From the human T2T-CHM13v2.0 reference genome, Homo sapiens, in NCBI RefSeq assembly GCF_009914755.1, contig NC_060948.1: a stretch of DNA of 64,000 nt. The stretch is one strand, 5' to 3'. A model generated the notes under the pieces. It saw only the letters and a program-made list of their open reading frames with translations. It was not told where the DNA came from and made no database searches. A program made the position numbers and the translations under genes. Of the stretch, positions 55,101 to 64,000 are shown in pieces (position 1 is the first letter of the stretch; each line of letters opens with the position of its first letter).

Positions 55101-56299
55101 TGGCACAACATCTAAGTGATGTTACCCTCCTGCCTAGCTTTTTGTCCACATATGGGATTATAACATATACCCTGCTTCAGTTCACAGACATGATGTTCAA
55201 ACTTATATTGGGATTCAGCCAATAGAAGATATTTTGCCTTTCACTGTTAGGCTTGGGGCAATAGACAATGTCCTCGGTTGCAAATATGTAACAACCTCAC
55301 AGAAGCTTCCAACACTAACCTGTAGTATATAAACTCTTTGTTGATATAAAATTTCATAACAGGGCCCAGCCAAACCTTCAGATTGGGACTCTATGTTACA
55401 TACCCAGGTGAAATTAAAAGTTATCACCATCCCACATTTACAATGCCACTGTCGAGATCATGAGTCTAATAAGGGAATGCAGCACAAAGTTGGAATTGTG
55501 ACATTTATATGTGGTCCTGGCCACAAGTGGGATGGTCACTCATTTCTAGACCCAGCCCACAGGAATAATAATGGGTCTTCTTCCTTAACCCTGCCTAAAG
55601 GAGAGATCTTGACTATCAAACCTGGGTTTAGGTTAATATGTAAGATTGTGAGCCCATACCACCACATAGGCCTCACACAGCTTTGCAACTCTTATGCAGG
55701 TTTTATAAATCACTTGGATGTTGCAGAGGGTCATGCATTGTCCCAGCAAACATGTGAGATTGTCACTCTAATATACAAGTTTAGCTAAAAGTTAAAGTTG
55801 TCACCCTCAAAGATGATGAGATTGTGTCGTATCCCTGGGTCTAGTACCCAGGTGTTGAGACTTTTTGGCTCAAATTTCTTTCCATGGGTGCATTGCTACT
55901 TATCACTGGGTTAGAATCAAAATAATGTGATTTTTCTGCTTGAGCTCTATCAAGAGGGTATAATATCACATATCTCTTGGCCTATCAGCTAGGTTATGTG
56001 TCTCTCCAGATTGTTCTCTGCATCCAGAAAAAATTTGAAATATCACAGAAATTAGCATCTAAATGGTGTAACTCTCCTCTCCTGCGTGGGTCCTGCTTAC
56101 CAAAGGAATTATGACATATAGTTGAATGAAAAATCTAGGTGGTATGTCTCTCCTCTCTATTCAAAAGTTTATTTCTGTGCTGCATTCAGCTTCATTAATT
56201 TCTTTTTCTACTTTTATACTGGTACCAAAGTGCTTTGATTACTTTAGGTTTATTTTGTATTTGGAAATTGTTAAGTGTAATGCTTCCAAAATTTTTCTT

Positions 56300-61229
<4,930 letters not shown>

Positions 61230-61339
61230 AATGCTTCTAATATTTTTCTTGTTTTTAAAGATTGCCAGGATTTTCATGTAATTTGTGGGTTTTGTAATTT
61301 CTATTTTTGGGAAAGTTTAATTTAAAATTGAAAATTGGT

Positions 61340-61739
<400 letters not shown>

Positions 61740-61755
61740 TCAAAAGTGTGTTACT

Positions 61756-62056
61756 GGCCAGGCATGGTGACTCATACCTGTAATCCCAGCACTTTGGAAG
61801 GCTGAGGAGGGTACATAGCCAGATCAGGAGATCAAGACCATTTTGGCCAACATGATGAAATCCCATCTCTACTAAAATGCACAAAATTAGCTAAGTGTGG
61901 TTGGGCATGCCTGTAATGCCAGCTACTGGAGAAGCTGAGTCAGGGGAATTGCTTGTACGTGGAAGTTAAGGTTACAGTGAGCCGAGATTGTGCCACTGTA
62001 TTTCCTCCTAGTGACAGAGTGAGGCTGTATCTAAAAAAAAAGGAAAGAAAAAAAGT
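61756..62056 (+). mobile_element. AluS (Sc-like), paralog of the Alu at 13425-13753
   Basis: ggccaggcatggtgactca...ggagatcaagaccattttggccaacatg. Upstream flank agcatgctcaaaagtgtgtt is the reverse complement of 13757-13775. Confidence 0.92.
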
Positions 62057-62059
62057 AAA

Positions 62060-64000
62060 ACTATGTTAACAGTTAATTTTCATATATTTTTTCAGCTTTT
62101 CTCCCATTACTGATTTCTAGTTTCATTTCATTTGTGCTATAAAAAATTGTCTGCTAAATTTCAATTAAAAAAACTATTAAGACTTCTTTCATGGCATCAC
62201 AGGTAATCCACCTAGGAAAATGTTTTATGAGCTATTGCAAAAAAAAAAAAAAAAGTGTATTCTTTTACCGGTATACATTTGTTAGGTAAATATATTGTAT
62301 AGTGTATTCAAACTTTTTGTTCCCTTGTTGATATTCTGTCTTTATTTATTACTGAAAGTGGGATACAAATGTATCCTTCCATTATTGTATTGCTATCTAT
62401 TTTTGCTTCAATTCTGTCAATGTTTGTTTTATGTGTTTGGGAAAACTCTCACATATTCACGGAATTTCAGTGAATGAACTCTCTTAATATAATTGAATGT
62501 CCTACTTTGTCTCTTGTGAATTTTGACTTAAAGCAAACTTCATAAAATATGACAGTTTTCAACTTAATAAATTGTTGCCTTTTCTCTTATGATTTGGTTA
62601 ACACTTGCATGGCATGTATTTTTTATCCTGCCATTTTCAGTCTATTTTTTTAAATTAGGTCTGAAGTGAGTCTCTTGAAGACATGACATCGATACATCTT
62701 GATACAGGTCATAATATAGTTAGTTTTATTCTTTTTCCTGTTGAAGGATACTTTTGCTGGATATTGTATTCTCACTTAGACTTTGTAAAATGTTTCTCAT
62801 CAAGTTTCCCTTCTTTTAAAGAAAAATACTAAATGTTAGAAATAAGATTTTCTTTTAAAGATAAAATTTCTTCAAAGCCTTCTTGTTTTGTGCTAATAAC
62901 TCTTTGTTAAGCCCTACTCTATGTAGCTGTTATACATAAGGGAATAAGTACATTCTATGGCCTTGTACTTTCACCAGAACATTTCTTCTGTACATGCTCA
63001 GGCATGTCCCAGGTTGCAGCTTATGTCCCCTTTCTTATTTGGAAATCTTATTACTTCTCTAAGTATTTTTGCAAAAACTTTCCCTTTTTCTTTGTTCTCC
63101 ATTGCCTTTACCTATTTAGGGAAGTTTCAGGTTGTTAGCCAATCAGGTTTAGCTTAGACTGTGATGCCTAGTTCCAACTAATGGAGATAGGACACAGAAG
63201 TAAGGACTCAATGCATACGGGTAAATATTCCTGCCTTTCTTTTTCATTGTGCTCTCAGGGTAGGATTGCTGATGAGCAGCACCCTTTCTGCAGAAAGTAA
63301 AATTGCCTTGCTGAGAAGATTCCTTGTCTGAGTATTAGTTCTATTTTTTGGCTCTGAGGAATAGGATTTTCTAACATAATTTTTTTTTCGGTGTTTTAAG
63401 TATGTTATCCTACTCCTTTTTTCCTGAAAGGTTTATGTTCATAAACTTACTGGTAATCTTACAGAAGCATGCATATAAATAACATAACTCTTTTTTCTTC
63501 CTGCATTCCAGATTCTCTTTTTGTGTGTGACTTTCAAAACATTGCTTATTTGGGGTCTTGTTAGAAATTTATTTGTGTTAGTTGAAATTTACTGAGCTTC
63601 TTGATTTTCTCATATTTTTAAATAATATTGAAGTGCGTATGAGACTTTTTTGTACTTCTACACTTTTTTGTGCTTTTTATCGTTTTCTTAATTTCATTTT
63701 TGTTATTTCATTTTGTTTTATTTATTTCCATTTAACTCATTAAGCATCATTCAGATGGTAAGTTAATTTCTCAGGTCAATTTATTTTTTCTTTCAAAAAT
63801 AAATGCAGACTTTAATTGAAATTTTCTTAGGTAAGTTTTACATCTCTGTTTTGTATCATTGATTTCTGAATATTTATTTTTATCTTTGAGTGAGACATAT
63901 TATCTTAATGTTTTGTATATGTTGTAGTCTTATGTTGCAATTTGTATAATAAATCACCACATGTGAAAATGCTTATTAAGTGATTTTTTCTTGGGAAATA
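62060..64000 (-). mobile_element. Decayed L1M-type remnant (right arm), interrupted by a solo LTR
   Basis: Reverse-complement match to 12951-13380 joined directly to 6043-6833. Confidence 0.55.
62784..63376 (+). mobile_element. Probable ERV solo LTR (593 bp, family not assigned)
   Basis: TG...CA termini (tgtaaaa...ctaaca). Absent from the paralogous site at ~6578. agtaaa poly(A)-like signal at ~63296 followed by ttgccttgctgag. TSD not clean. Confidence 0.65.

Larger units (their letters stand above)
27558..56160 (-). repeat. Diverged beta-satellite-like array, reverse block (interrupted by L1, LTR5_Hs and Alu)
   Basis: Same monomer in reverse complement (attgtgacatat, aggtgatgtgactct) throughout. 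Confidence 0.88.

Noticed and set aside
15830-55788. Many 60-130 aa ORFs sharing motifs such as SHHL, VTSP and HIT
   Set aside because: These are recurring translations of the satellite monomer. Frames are not conserved between paralogous units, and no C2H2 zinc-finger pattern is present.
62834-63376. DNA transposon with terminal inverted repeats tgttagaaa...tttctaaca
   Set aside because: The empty site in the other arm puts the insertion start at 62784, 50 bp earlier, and the internal features look LTR-like. The 9-bp match is probably incidental.

Overview
Primate (almost certainly human) repeat-dense genomic DNA. I can support no cellular protein-coding gene, RNA gene or CRISPR array. The longer ORFs are broken LINE-1 ORF1/ORF2/ORF0 pieces or chance frames in Alu, LTR and satellite DNA. 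The core (~14.1-56.2 kb) is a highly diverged beta-satellite-like array: ~71-bp monomers alternate with ~37-bp-period spacer domains in ~4.8-kb higher-order units, and the strand flips once, at ~27.55 kb. The main structural observation is an old inverted duplication. Positions ~6.0-27.5 kb and ~46-63.9 kb are collinear reverse-complement paralogs, including non-satellite flank, the flank/satellite junction and a shared AluS. Each arm therefore shows the empty site for later insertions in the other. Insertions include three L1PA elements (one with a twin-priming 5' inversion and a missing 3' UTR end), an older L1P 5' fragment, a complete 968-bp LTR5_Hs solo LTR with a 6-bp TSD, a MER11 LTR, another solo LTR and seven Alus. 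The context resembles beta-satellite blocks of the human Y chromosome or KRAB-ZNF clusters, but the locus is an inference. All alignments were made by eye, and I did not find convincing evidence of a new functional system.
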